DNA from: an uncultured Methanosarcinales archaeon
Lineage (GTDB): Archaea > Nanobdellota > Nanobdellia > Woesearchaeales > ARS49
Length of the DNA stretch: 64,000 bases
Direction: 5' to 3'
NCBI GenBank assembly: GCA_964550175.1
Contig: CAZJXP010000001.1
Coordinates: forward strand, 322,774 to 386,773
Shown piece by piece: positions 42,678-51,998 of this stretch. Position 1 is the stretch's first letter. Every line of letters begins with the position of its first letter. The translations under genes and the position numbers were made by a program. The notes below the pieces were generated by a model. It worked only from the letters and a program-made list of their open reading frames with translations, was not told the origin of the DNA and searched no databases.

Positions 42678-43261
42678 CTATAGTGAAAGGAAATATATAA
42701 ATAGTAGTTGCGACAAACAACCGAATTAGTTCAGGATCAAGCGGATCCGGAACGGCCAAAATCGTTGGTTTTTAGGTTCCCCCCGGTTCCTGAAAATCAG
42801 CAAAAGGTGGCTAAAACAGGCAAAACTCCTGGTGCCTACCAACGCCAGGAAAAAGAGCCAAAATCAAGCGAAATCAGCCGGGTTGTGAGCAAAATCAAAT
42901 AGCTGCCACGAATTCCGGCAAAAGAGCAGAAAGCAAGGGAAAAAGAGGGTGAAAAGTGATTCGTGCGAGGGATTGTGAAGGAATACCCATAGCCAGTAGA
43001 GTATGCCATAATCCCTCCCCGTAGAGCAAAAAGTGAGAGTTCAGAAGGTGGTTTTTGAGCCTTCATCCCAGGAGATCCCGGGAAAGAGTGAGGCTCAAAC
43101 CCCCTTTGAACTGCAGAAGCCACCCTGTGAGCCAGAGTGAGCCCTGCAAGGACCCGTCAGAAGGCTGAAACAATGCCAAACCAAGGGCGTTGTGAAGCAA
43201 AAGTGAGCGTGAGACTGTGAAAGAGCAAGCTTTATTAGGCACTAGTCGGAAGCAGGGTTGA

Positions 43262-43954
43262 ATGGCCCCTGGACACACCACCCGCTTCTATATAGAGACG
43301 CTTCCGACCGAAGGCATCGTCAAGATGCCCAAGGAAGCGTCGCGACACGCGAAAGCCTTGCGCCTGAAGGACGGAGACCTCATCCAAGTGTTCGATGGCA
43401 CGACCGAGTACACCGCAAGGCTGCTCACGAACCACGAACTCGAGATAGTGGCTAAAAGTGAGCACACGAGCCATTCTGGTGCCCAAGTCACCCTCGCAAT
43501 AGCTTTTCCCAAAGGACCACGAGTGGACTGGCTCGTTGAAAAGGCAACCGAGCTTGGCGTGCACGAGATTATCCCTCTTATTACGAAACGCACCGTCGTG
43601 AACCCGCGCGACACGAAAGTCGAACGACTGCAAAAGCTCGCGATCACGGCGTGCGAGCAATGCGGACGCAGCACGATTCCCAAGATCTCGCTGCCCATTG
43701 CCGTCGACAAACTCCTCGCGCGAACGAACGAGTTCGATGCCTGCTTTGTTGCGGATGGATCCGGAAACAAACTCTCACTTTCAAAATCCGCAAAGAAAAT
43801 CCTCGCCCTCATCGGACCCGAAGGCGGATTCTCCGACGAGGAAATCACAAAAGCAAAGAGTACTGGCTGCCACATAATCTCACTTGGAACAACGACGCTT
43901 CGCACCGAGACTGCTGGACTCACGATACTGGCCCAGCTCAACGCACTCCTATGA
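43262..43954 (+). CDS. rsmE: 16S rRNA m3U1498 methyltransferase
   Basis: EKATELGV, ACEQCGR, IGPEGGFS, SLG..TLRTETA. Confidence 0.95.
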   Translation: MAPGHTTRFYIETLPTEGIVKMPKEASRHAKALRLKDGDLIQVFDGTTEYTARLLTNHELEIVAKSEHTSHSGAQVTLAIAFPKGPRVDWLVEKATELGVHEIIPLITKRTVVNPRDTKVERLQKLAITACEQCGRSTIPKISLPIAVDKLLARTNEFDACFVADGSGNKLSLSKSAKKILALIGPEGGFSDEEITKAKSTGCHIISLGTTTLRTETAGLTILAQLNALL

Positions 43955-43958
43955 TCAA

Positions 43959-44043
43959 CCTTTTTACCGGCAATATTGGTAGCGTCGTTACGTCCGTTAC
44001 TATCACGACGACAACGCGACGTCCAATCGGGGCGGTAAAAAGC
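43959..44043. repeat. Dispersed element, full copy
   Basis: CTTTTTACCGGC ... CCAATCGGGGCGGTAAAAAG. Confidence 0.88.
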
Positions 44044-44123
44044 TTTCCTGGCAACTATCAACGGGTGCCTAAAACCATAACGCTTTTAAATGACTCAAGA
44101 ACAACCGAACAAGGTGGTATGAA

Positions 44124-44405
44124 ATGGTACTAAACGTGAAGATTCTCGACGAGAAGAAGAACAAGATATCCTTCGAAATCGAAGGCGACTCGCACACACT
44201 TTCTGCTGCGCTGACCAAGGAACTCTGGAACGACAAGAGCGTCAAGGCAGCCGGCTACAACGTGGACCACCCCCTTCTGGGCAAACCCACGTTCACGGTC
44301 GAAACCGACGGCGAAGACCCCAAGAAGGTCGTTTCCGCAGCCGCGAAACGACTGGCCAAAGCCGCTGAAAAGCTCAGCGAACAGGCATCCAAGGAACTCA
44401 AGTAA
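44124..44405 (+). CDS. rpoL: RNA polymerase subunit L (Rpo11)
   Basis: GDSHTL..AL, AGYNVDHPL. Confidence 0.93.
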   Translation: MVLNVKILDEKKNKISFEIEGDSHTLSAALTKELWNDKSVKAAGYNVDHPLLGKPTFTVETDGEDPKKVVSAAAKRLAKAAEKLSEQASKELK

Positions 44406-44411
44406 ACGCCC

Positions 44412-44915
44412 GTGGCATTCGTCCGCGTCAAGACCATCAAGGGCAACCGCTACGCTTACCTGGTTGAAAACACCTGGCAGACGCGCGGCTCACGCCAAGT
44501 GGTCAAAGGCTATCTCGGCAAGGTGTTGAAACCTGATGCTCAGCCGTTCGGCACGCCGCCCGACATTTCTACGCTATCCTATGCTGACGCGGTCACGACC
44601 TTGGCTTCTTGGACGTTGGACAACCACGGATTCTCGCACGCGGACGGGAAACACACGAAAGACACGGTGACGGTCCACGTGCACGATAAGCAAATCCTGC
44701 ACAAATCCAAATCCGCCGTTCTTGAACTGAACGAAGGCTATCTCTGCAATCATACTTTGACGAATTTACTGAACTTCGTCGGCGAAGGCTCCCGCGAAGA
44801 AGAAGTCGGCAAACGCCTGGCAAACACGCTCTTGGAAGCCGGCATTTCTGTCCCGCAAGACACGTTCGTCGCGCTGTTTCACAAAATCTATAAACCGCTT
44901 CCGGAGCAAAACTAA
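44412..44915 (+). CDS. hypothetical protein
   Basis: FVRVKTIKG.RYAYLVEN.W...RQ.V..YLG; operonic. Confidence 0.75.
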   Translation: MAFVRVKTIKGNRYAYLVENTWQTRGSRQVVKGYLGKVLKPDAQPFGTPPDISTLSYADAVTTLASWTLDNHGFSHADGKHTKDTVTVHVHDKQILHKSKSAVLELNEGYLCNHTLTNLLNFVGEGSREEEVGKRLANTLLEAGISVPQDTFVALFHKIYKPLPEQN

Positions 44916-44916
44916 G

Positions 44917-45636
44917 ATGCAACCGACCACCAGCAACGTGCCGAAACACATCGGCATCATCATGGACGGCAACCGACGCTTCGCGAAAAAGCTCATGCTC
45001 AAGCCATGGAAAGGCCACGAATGGGGCGCGAAAAAAGTCAAGGACGTGCTCCAATGGTGCAACGAGCTCGGCATCAAAGAAATCACACTCTACGCGTTCT
45101 CGATTGAGAACTTCAGCCGACCGAAAGAGGAATTTGACTACCTCATGACGCTGTTCTTGAAGGAATTCACCGAACTTCATTCGAAAAAGAACCTCGCGCA
45201 GCTCAAGAAGGACGGCGTCAAAATCAACTTCCTGGGCCGCATCGAAATGTTCCCGAAGAACGTGCAAGATGCGATGAACCAAATTATGAAATCAACCCAA
45301 AGCAACGGTCCTAACTTGGTGAATTTCGCGATGGCCTACGGCGGACGCGCGGAAATCATCGACGCGACCAAGAAAGTCGCAGCCTTAGTTAAGGCAGGCA
45401 AGCTCGACATCGACAAGATTAACGAATCCATGTTCCAAAAACAGCTGTACACTGAATCCGAGCCTGATTTGATTATCCGAACCTCAGGCGAACAGCGCAC
45501 GTCAGGATTCTTATTGTGGCAAGGGTCGTACGCAGAACTGTACTTCTCTGACAAGAACTGGCCTGATTTCGAGAAGAAAGACCTCGAGAAAGCGCTTGAA
45601 ACGTACCAGAACCGCGAGCGGAGGTTCGGGAAATGA
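44917..45636 (+). CDS. uppS: cis-prenyltransferase (polyprenyl diphosphate synthase)
   Basis: IIMDGNRR, YAFSIENF.R, YGGRAEI, RTSGEQRTSGFL, RERRFG. Confidence 0.96.
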   Translation: MQPTTSNVPKHIGIIMDGNRRFAKKLMLKPWKGHEWGAKKVKDVLQWCNELGIKEITLYAFSIENFSRPKEEFDYLMTLFLKEFTELHSKKNLAQLKKDGVKINFLGRIEMFPKNVQDAMNQIMKSTQSNGPNLVNFAMAYGGRAEIIDATKKVAALVKAGKLDIDKINESMFQKQLYTESEPDLIIRTSGEQRTSGFLLWQGSYAELYFSDKNWPDFEKKDLEKALETYQNRERRFGK

Positions 45637-45938
45637 CGAACACACAACCGAGCGAATGGCGACAACTCCACAGCAAGCAAGCAAGCCGTTCGATGTATTT
45701 CGGCGGGGCGATGAGCGGCATCGGAGTCGGCTTCCTCGCAAGCGCCGGTCTGAAACTCAAGGAACAAAAAGAACTAGAAGCAAACTCTTCAACGCTCGAA
45801 ACGACCATCAAGGACTGCCAAACGCTCGCTATCGGATACGGCTTCACCGGAGCTTCTTTCCTCATCGCCGGCCTGCTTAGCTACTACATCGGACGACACT
45901 TTTTCACACTCGACAAAAAGGGGTATTTCGGCAAATGA
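45633..45938 (+). CDS. small two-TM Gly-rich protein
   Basis: ATGA overlap with uppS. Confidence 0.65.
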   Translation: MTNTQPSEWRQLHSKQASRSMYFGGAMSGIGVGFLASAGLKLKEQKELEANSSTLETTIKDCQTLAIGYGFTGASFLIAGLLSYYIGRHFFTLDKKGYFGK

Positions 45939-46198
45939 CCATCAATGAAAAAGTAGACGGAGTGCAAACCGCGCGACCGTTCCGAATCGCAGCAGACTCA
46001 GCGGCATTAGCCACCATCAGCGGATCACTTTCCGCATTCTGTTATTCCCGCATAGACAGCGAAACGCGCCCGGTCCGAAAAGTCGGCTATCATATTGAAG
46101 GAGCCGGCTTCGGCATCTTCGCGGCATTACTCGGCGCGCAAGCCGTAAGCCTCTTATACCGAGGGGTTCGGCAGGCCTATCGTAAGGTGAATGAATGA
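45935..46198 (+). CDS. small two-TM protein
   Basis: ATGA overlap. Confidence 0.6.
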   Translation: MTINEKVDGVQTARPFRIAADSAALATISGSLSAFCYSRIDSETRPVRKVGYHIEGAGFGIFAALLGAQAVSLLYRGVRQAYRKVNE

Positions 46199-47022
46199 CA
46201 AAATTCGATGGCATAGACTCAATCGACGACGCGTTCGCGAACGACAACAGCGACCCGAACGAAACGAAGACCTGGCAGATGCCGGCGGAAGACCCCGTCA
46301 TAGAAAACGCGAAGCTCACGTACGAGAACGAAATCCTCAAGAAAACCAACGACTCGCTCAACAATCAATACACAATCCTCGAGCAAGTCGCAAACGAAAT
46401 TGTCACAGAACGCGACGCCGCGCGCAGCGAACTGGTCAAAACCTACGCCATCCCTCAATCAAAGAACTGGTTCGCGCTCGGAACAATAGCGGGCGCGTTC
46501 GCGCTCGGACTGTACGCACTCAGAACGATGGACCCCATCGCGGTCTACGCCTCGATGACGCTCGCCGGACTCGGAGTCGGGATTGGAATCACAAAGCCGG
46601 GAACGGACAAGAAACCCACGCCTAAATTCATTGACCCGCACACTCATGCACGAGACCAATCCAACGATGTATCGCGCGACCTTGAACGATCAACATACGC
46701 GGTATGGAATGAACGACAAAAGGAAAATCATGATAATGTGCGCCTAGAAAAAATAGCCATGCCGAACATAATTCAGGATCACCACGCAGCCTACCCTTCA
46801 CCTATGGAAGTCTACGGAAAAAAACTTGATCACCACTGCAGCTGGTGCCACAAGCCGGATTGCACTGATAAGGACCACAAACGCGGATACATTAGTTTGA
46901 ACGAAGAAGCAACGCCCGCCCGCCGGGCTCGCCGCCCGAAGCAAACCTCTGAAGAAAAGAAAGGGCTTCGAGAGCACCCGGACGAATGCATGTGCAAGAT
47001 GTGCGCCTGGATGAAATCCTAA
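46195..47022 (+). CDS. coiled-coil, two-TM protein with Cys/His clusters
   Basis: HHCSWCHKPDC and HPDECMCKMC. Confidence 0.7.
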   Translation: MTKFDGIDSIDDAFANDNSDPNETKTWQMPAEDPVIENAKLTYENEILKKTNDSLNNQYTILEQVANEIVTERDAARSELVKTYAIPQSKNWFALGTIAGAFALGLYALRTMDPIAVYASMTLAGLGVGIGITKPGTDKKPTPKFIDPHTHARDQSNDVSRDLERSTYAVWNERQKENHDNVRLEKIAMPNIIQDHHAAYPSPMEVYGKKLDHHCSWCHKPDCTDKDHKRGYISLNEEATPARRARRPKQTSEEKKGLREHPDECMCKMCAWMKS

Positions 47023-47297
47023 TGACCAACCAACACGACATCGAAGAGCGAATCGCGCGGTACGGTGGCTATGCTTCCGCGTTCGTAGCAGGCGGACTTG
47101 CTTGTCGAAGCGTCGCCGTGTACAATTACGCAATGGAATTGCCTCCGTCTAAAGAGGCGGGAAACGCCGCGCTTACCAGCTACCTTGAGCTCACAGGAGC
47201 ATTGTTCCTCGTTGGCCTGAGCTATGCGCTGTTCCGTTCTGCGAAAGAATCACGCAAATTCTCACTTGAACAGGACGCGTCGCAGAAAATCCGATGA
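47022..47297 (+). CDS. small two-TM protein
   Basis: start MTNQHD, TAATG overlap. Confidence 0.6.
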   Translation: MTNQHDIEERIARYGGYASAFVAGGLACRSVAVYNYAMELPPSKEAGNAALTSYLELTGALFLVGLSYALFRSAKESRKFSLEQDASQKIR

Positions 47298-47668
47298 ACC
47301 AAAGCTTTCTTCCCGAATGGGACCCTTCTCCGTACCCTTCGTTTGAAGATTTAGTGCAAGAAAGTAAAGTCATCAACAAAGAATGGGACGCAGCGGAAAA
47401 GATTGCCGAAACCCGTCTGAACTCACTACTTTTACCCGGCATCGGCTACGTCAGCTCGTTAGCGCTTGCGGTCAACTACGGCATCCCCTCGGGAAATCCT
47501 GCCTTGATGACGCTCAGCATTGCCGCAAGCATCTTCTCTACGGGAGTTTTACAACATTATGCCCGCTCATTCCTGCGCGCGGACGCCGAAAGAAAAATCA
47601 AAAAAGCGCAATGGCATAATTCAATCGATGAGATAGACTACTGCTTCGAAAGAATAAATAAAGAATAA
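47294..47668 (+). CDS. small two-TM protein
   Basis: ATGA overlap. Confidence 0.65.
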   Translation: MNQSFLPEWDPSPYPSFEDLVQESKVINKEWDAAEKIAETRLNSLLLPGIGYVSSLALAVNYGIPSGNPALMTLSIAASIFSTGVLQHYARSFLRADAERKIKKAQWHNSIDEIDYCFERINKE

Positions 47669-47677
47669 AAAAGAGTC

Positions 47678-48244
47678 TTAGCCGAGCCACCGACGTTCTA
47701 AACGGCGAACCATCTTCTCGTAGTGCACTAAAGCAGCCTCATTGCGGCCGCCTTCAACTAGTCTTAAAGACTGCCGAATATCCCGATCATACAGTTTCTC
47801 GAACACGCTCCGGGGATTGCGCGCCTTACCATAGATTGCGGCAATCACCCGAGGCGCGGTCTTGTAGTACGCCCTGACGAGTCCGCTTCCACCAGGGACT
47901 TCTTGGAGGATATAGGAATCACGGAACGCTCGCAGTGTTTCCAACTCAAGACAGTTATCCTGACGTCCCTTAGCGCCAACACAAGCAGTTGTTAAGAAGC
48001 ACCAACTACTTGAGCCGCTATCGCTCGAACTCTCCGGAATTTCGCCGTTCTTGTATGCGTGATAGCCTTCTTCTCTTGCCTGCTCTTCAGGACTATCCTT
48101 GCACGGAACAATTGTGTTCGCAGCACCATTGAGTAAATCACTAATGAAGTGACCAAATCCATCACCCGGCTTTTCGTTTTTTGCCTCTTCAACTCCATCA
48201 TTGAACGCCTTTCGCTGGTTGTAATCATCTGTTAGCCGTCCCAT
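47678..48244 (-). CDS. CFI-box-CTERM domain protein
   Basis: Ser linker then WCFLTTAC....ELETLRAFRD..L, YY..AP. Confidence 0.8.
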   Translation of the reverse strand: MGRLTDDYNQRKAFNDGVEEAKNEKPGDGFGHFISDLLNGAANTIVPCKDSPEEQAREEGYHAYKNGEIPESSSDSGSSSWCFLTTACVGAKGRQDNCLELETLRAFRDSYILQEVPGGSGLVRAYYKTAPRVIAAIYGKARNPRSVFEKLYDRDIRQSLRLVEGGRNEAALVHYEKMVRRLERRWLG

Positions 48245-48305
48245 TGGCAATCCTCCGCCGCATCCGCAGCAACAGAAACAGAGGCAAAAACCTATTTCTA
48301 TTTTC

Positions 48306-48324
48306 GTTGTGGGAAATCCACAAC
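48306..48324. promoter_or_regulatory. palindromic operator candidate
   Basis: GTTGTGG-N5-CCACAAC between divergent genes. Confidence 0.55.
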
Positions 48325-48354
48325 AATAATAAGCAAGAAGCGCATTGCAACCGC

Positions 48355-49095
48355 ATGCACCACGGACTCGCAGCCTACGGACTGACTGAAAAAGAGTCAA
48401 AAGTCTATCTCGCGCTCCTAGAGCTAGGCACGACAACCGCAACGAGAATCTCCCAAGTCACGCACCTGAACCGCACGACCCTCTACGATATTCTCGGCGG
48501 ACTCACGGAAAAAGGAATCGTGAGCCGAGTCAAGCAAGGGCAAGTCACTCATTTCGCGGCGGCGTCACCAAAACGATTATTGGACCAGATGGAAGAACGC
48601 GCACGCACATTCCAAGAATCACTCACGGAATTAAGCACGCGCCAGAACAGCCTCGGGCCGAAGCCGAGTATTGAACTCTATGAAGGCAGCCAGGGCGTGA
48701 ACGCCATTTATAAGCACCTGTTGAGCCTCGGAAAACCCATCTATGGCTATGGTTCGTTTGAGATTATCGAGCATGCGGCCAGACATCACACGCGTGACTA
48801 CCGCAAGCAGCGCGTCGCGAAAAAGATCCACACGGAAGTAATCACTGACTCAACTGTAACGTACCTTCCCTCATGGAAAGACGCGAACTACCGCAAATAC
48901 ACCAAAATCTATCTTGATCCATCCATGAAAACTATGCCCGTGTGGACATACATCGTCGGAACCACGGTTGCAGTCATTTCCTGCAGCAAAAGCCTACTCT
49001 TCGGATTTCTCATGAATGACCTAGGCCTGGCGAAGAAGGAACTGGCCGTGTTCGAACGGCTGAAAGCGGACGCGACGCTGTTCCATAAGATTTAA
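48355..49095 (+). CDS. TrmB-family transcriptional regulator
   Basis: GLTEKESKVYLALLELG, RTTLYDIL..L..KGIV, YEG..GV. Confidence 0.9.
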   Translation: MHHGLAAYGLTEKESKVYLALLELGTTTATRISQVTHLNRTTLYDILGGLTEKGIVSRVKQGQVTHFAAASPKRLLDQMEERARTFQESLTELSTRQNSLGPKPSIELYEGSQGVNAIYKHLLSLGKPIYGYGSFEIIEHAARHHTRDYRKQRVAKKIHTEVITDSTVTYLPSWKDANYRKYTKIYLDPSMKTMPVWTYIVGTTVAVISCSKSLLFGFLMNDLGLAKKELAVFERLKADATLFHKI

Positions 49096-49131
49096 AAACC
49101 CATTTTTCAGCGTTTCTCATGGGGAAACCAT

Positions 49132-49680
49132 ATGGAAATACTCGGCGTTATGCACGATGATACTCATCCTGATTTTAAAACGACAATCAACTATCTCGAT
49201 GCGCACTTGACGAAATCATCCATTGTGGCGCTTGAAGGCGCGGATTTGACTGTGTCCGACCTGCTCCACTCGCCAAGAAAATATCCTAATGATCCGTTTT
49301 TTGCATTTTTCAGCAAAATCGCCGTACATACCCATAATTACGGCGCACGCGCCATCGTCGTGGACGACCCGGTTGCGAGACAGGAAGAAAGCGAGCTTGA
49401 ACAATTTCTTTGTCAATATGAGGGTTTGACTGCTGAACAGTGGAATGCCAAATACACCGCTGCCGTCAAACGAAGCATTGCAATGTATCAGCAAGCGAAA
49501 CAACATCGCGCAACCCATTTAATTATCGGCGGAATGCACGCCTACGATATCAAACGAATCTTTTCCGTACCGGTCACGCATTTTACCCCGAGGGAATTCG
49601 ACTCCCGGGACCAAATTGAAACCCGCAGCAAGGCAATCAGCAAATTCCAGCGCGAATATGCATCAGGCAGTAAGGTTTAA
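49132..49680 (+). CDS. hypothetical protein
   Basis: LGVMH, VALE, IIGGMH (possibly TraB/EreA-like fold). Confidence 0.65.
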   Translation: MEILGVMHDDTHPDFKTTINYLDAHLTKSSIVALEGADLTVSDLLHSPRKYPNDPFFAFFSKIAVHTHNYGARAIVVDDPVARQEESELEQFLCQYEGLTAEQWNAKYTAAVKRSIAMYQQAKQHRATHLIIGGMHAYDIKRIFSVPVTHFTPREFDSRDQIETRSKAISKFQREYASGSKV

Positions 49681-49743
49681 ATACCCCCTCTTGACCCCAA
49701 GAGTAGTTCCCGAATACTACACAGCGTGTAGGAGGGCTAAATC

Positions 49744-50649
49744 ATGGAAAAACAAGATTTCAAAGTCGCATTGGACTTCCTCAAATCGGTTTCTGAGAAG
49801 AAGAAGTTCGTCCAAAGCATCGACCTCATCATCAACCTGAAGAACCTCAATCTCAAGCAGAACGACCAGCAGCTCGATTTGTTCGTCCAGTTGCCGCACG
49901 GACGCGGCAAGAAGACCAAGATCGCCTGCTTCTGCGGTCCCGAGCTCGCGGCAAACGCGAAGCAGAACTGCGACCTAGCCATTACCACTGACGAATTCCC
50001 GCGCTACGACAAGAAAAAGGTCAAGATGGTCGCGAACGAATACGACTTCTTCCTCGCGCAGGCGAACATCATGCCGGAAGTCGCAAAAGTGTTCGGTCGC
50101 GTTCTTGGACCGCGCAACAAGATGCCAAACCCGAAGGCCGGAGCAGTCGTCCCGCCGTCGGCGAACATCAAGGCCCTCGTCGAAAAGTTCGCGAAGACCG
50201 TCCGAATGTCCGCCAAGACCCAGATGAACACCAAGGCGCTCATCGGCAAGGAAAGCCAGCCCGAGCAGGAAATCCTGGACAACGCGTTCTTCCTCTACGA
50301 CTCCGTCCGAAAGGCATTGCCGCAGGAAACCAACAACATCAAGAGCGTACTCCTCAAACTCACCATGAGCAAACCCGTCCCCGTCGGCATGACGCCGGAC
50401 GAAATCAAGAAGCTCTGGGACGAAGGCGCGAAGCGAGCGGAAGAAGGAAAGGCGAAAGCCTCCCAAGTCCGCGCGCGAACGGCCGAAAAGCAAGCGCGAC
50501 GAACCGAGCACGACACGAAGAAGGACGCGAAACCGAAGAAGGACGAAGTCATCGACCCGAACGCGCCGCGAAAGCCCATCGAACGTGAAGTCTGGGAAAC
50601 CGACCTCGACAAGCCGCGAAGAGCGCGACCGAAGAAGAGGGAATTCTGA
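49744..50649 (+). CDS. rpl1: 50S ribosomal protein uL1 with C-terminal extension
   Basis: KFVQSIDLIINLK, GRVLGPRNKMP, KLTMSKP. Confidence 0.96.
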   Translation: MEKQDFKVALDFLKSVSEKKKFVQSIDLIINLKNLNLKQNDQQLDLFVQLPHGRGKKTKIACFCGPELAANAKQNCDLAITTDEFPRYDKKKVKMVANEYDFFLAQANIMPEVAKVFGRVLGPRNKMPNPKAGAVVPPSANIKALVEKFAKTVRMSAKTQMNTKALIGKESQPEQEILDNAFFLYDSVRKALPQETNNIKSVLLKLTMSKPVPVGMTPDEIKKLWDEGAKRAEEGKAKASQVRARTAEKQARRTEHDTKKDAKPKKDEVIDPNAPRKPIEREVWETDLDKPRRARPKKREF

Positions 50650-51620
50650 TGGCAAAGCCGAAAGCCCACGTCGCGGAATCCAAGAAAGTCCTCGTCAAGA
50701 AGCTTGAGCACTTGCTCGAGAAATCCCCGATCATCGGCATCGTCAACATGGAAGGATTGCCTTCCTCACAATTGGGCGCATTGAAGAAGGGACTCCGAGG
50801 TAAGGCCGACCTCTTCATGGCAAAACGCCGATTGATCACCATCGCATTCGAAAACGCGAAAGTCAAGGTCCCGAAGCTCGAGACCCTAATCCCGCACCTG
50901 AAGGGCATGCCGGCCTTGCTGTTCACCAAGGACAACCCCTTCGCGCTCTACAAGTTCCTCAAGAAATCCAAGTCTCCCGCGCCCGCAAAGGCAGGCCAGG
51001 AATCCCCGCGAGACATCACCATCCCCGCAGGACCGACGCCGTTCGCGCCGGGACCCGTCATTTCAGAATTGGCAGCCATCGGCATCAAGGCCGGCGTCGA
51101 GAACGGCAAGGTCGCCGTCCGTCAAGATTCATTAGTCATCAAGCAAGGAGAGAAGTTCAGCGGTCCGCTTGCCTCAATGCTCTCGCGCTTGGGCATCGAA
51201 CCGATGGAAATCGGCCTTAACGTCGTCGCGGTCTTCGAGAAAGGCATCATCTACGACCGAAGCGTCTTGGACGTCGACGAAACCGTCTTCATGGCAAACC
51301 TTATGACGGCAGCGTCAGAAGCGTTCAACCTCTCCGTCGAAGCAGAAATCCTCACGGACGACAACAAAGAACTCATCATCGGCATGGCATTCCTCGGCGC
51401 GAAGTCATTGGCACGCGAATCAAAGTTCCTTGCCGACGCCATCGCGGAAGAAATCCTCGAACAAGGCGAACGCGAAGCCCGCTCGCTCGCGGCCGAAACG
51501 AAGTCCGAAGTCTCGCACGAACGCCACACGGCGGCCGCGCAGCACCCGAACGACGCTCAAACTCACAAACAGGCCGAGCAAATGCTCGGTGACCTGAAAC
51601 AGAAAGGAACCTTACGGTAA
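50649..51620 (+). CDS. rplP0: 50S ribosomal protein uL10 (P0)
   Basis: [33 protein letters not shown]. Confidence 0.96.
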   Translation: MAKPKAHVAESKKVLVKKLEHLLEKSPIIGIVNMEGLPSSQLGALKKGLRGKADLFMAKRRLITIAFENAKVKVPKLETLIPHLKGMPALLFTKDNPFALYKFLKKSKSPAPAKAGQESPRDITIPAGPTPFAPGPVISELAAIGIKAGVENGKVAVRQDSLVIKQGEKFSGPLASMLSRLGIEPMEIGLNVVAVFEKGIIYDRSVLDVDETVFMANLMTAASEAFNLSVEAEILTDDNKELIIGMAFLGAKSLARESKFLADAIAEEILEQGEREARSLAAETKSEVSHERHTAAAQHPNDAQTHKQAEQMLGDLKQKGTLR

Positions 51621-51634
51621 TTGGAGGAAACAAC

Positions 51635-51943
51635 ATGGAGTACATCTACGCGGCACTGCTCATCCACAAAGCAGGCCAGAAAGTCGACGAAGCCAACGTG
51701 ACCAAAGTCCTGCACGCAGCGGGAGTCAAGGTAAACGAAGCCCGAGTCAAGGCCCTTGTCGCGGCCCTTGAAGGCGTCAACATCGAGGAAGCTGTCAAGA
51801 AGGCAGCGGTCGCTCCTGTTGCAGCCGCTCCGGCACACGCCGAGCACAAGGCTGAAGGCAAGAAGGAAGAAAAGAAGTCCGCCGAAGACGAAAAGAAGAG
51901 CGAAGAAGCGGCAGCAGCCGGTTTGAGCGCTCTGTTCGGATAA
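51635..51943 (+). CDS. rpl12p: ribosomal stalk protein P1 (L12p)
   Basis: [21 protein letters not shown]. Confidence 0.97.
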   Translation: MEYIYAALLIHKAGQKVDEANVTKVLHAAGVKVNEARVKALVAALEGVNIEEAVKKAAVAPVAAAPAHAEHKAEGKKEEKKSAEDEKKSEEAAAAGLSALFG

Positions 51944-51998
51944 GTACCTCCTTTTGTTTTTTTTCCCTTTTTCGGGAACCAAAAGAGGAGTTGCATAA

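Noticed and set aside
44412..44915. IS1634-like transposase
   Set aside because: Only the N-terminus resembles it; 167 aa, no DDE core or terminal repeats, embedded in a housekeeping operon
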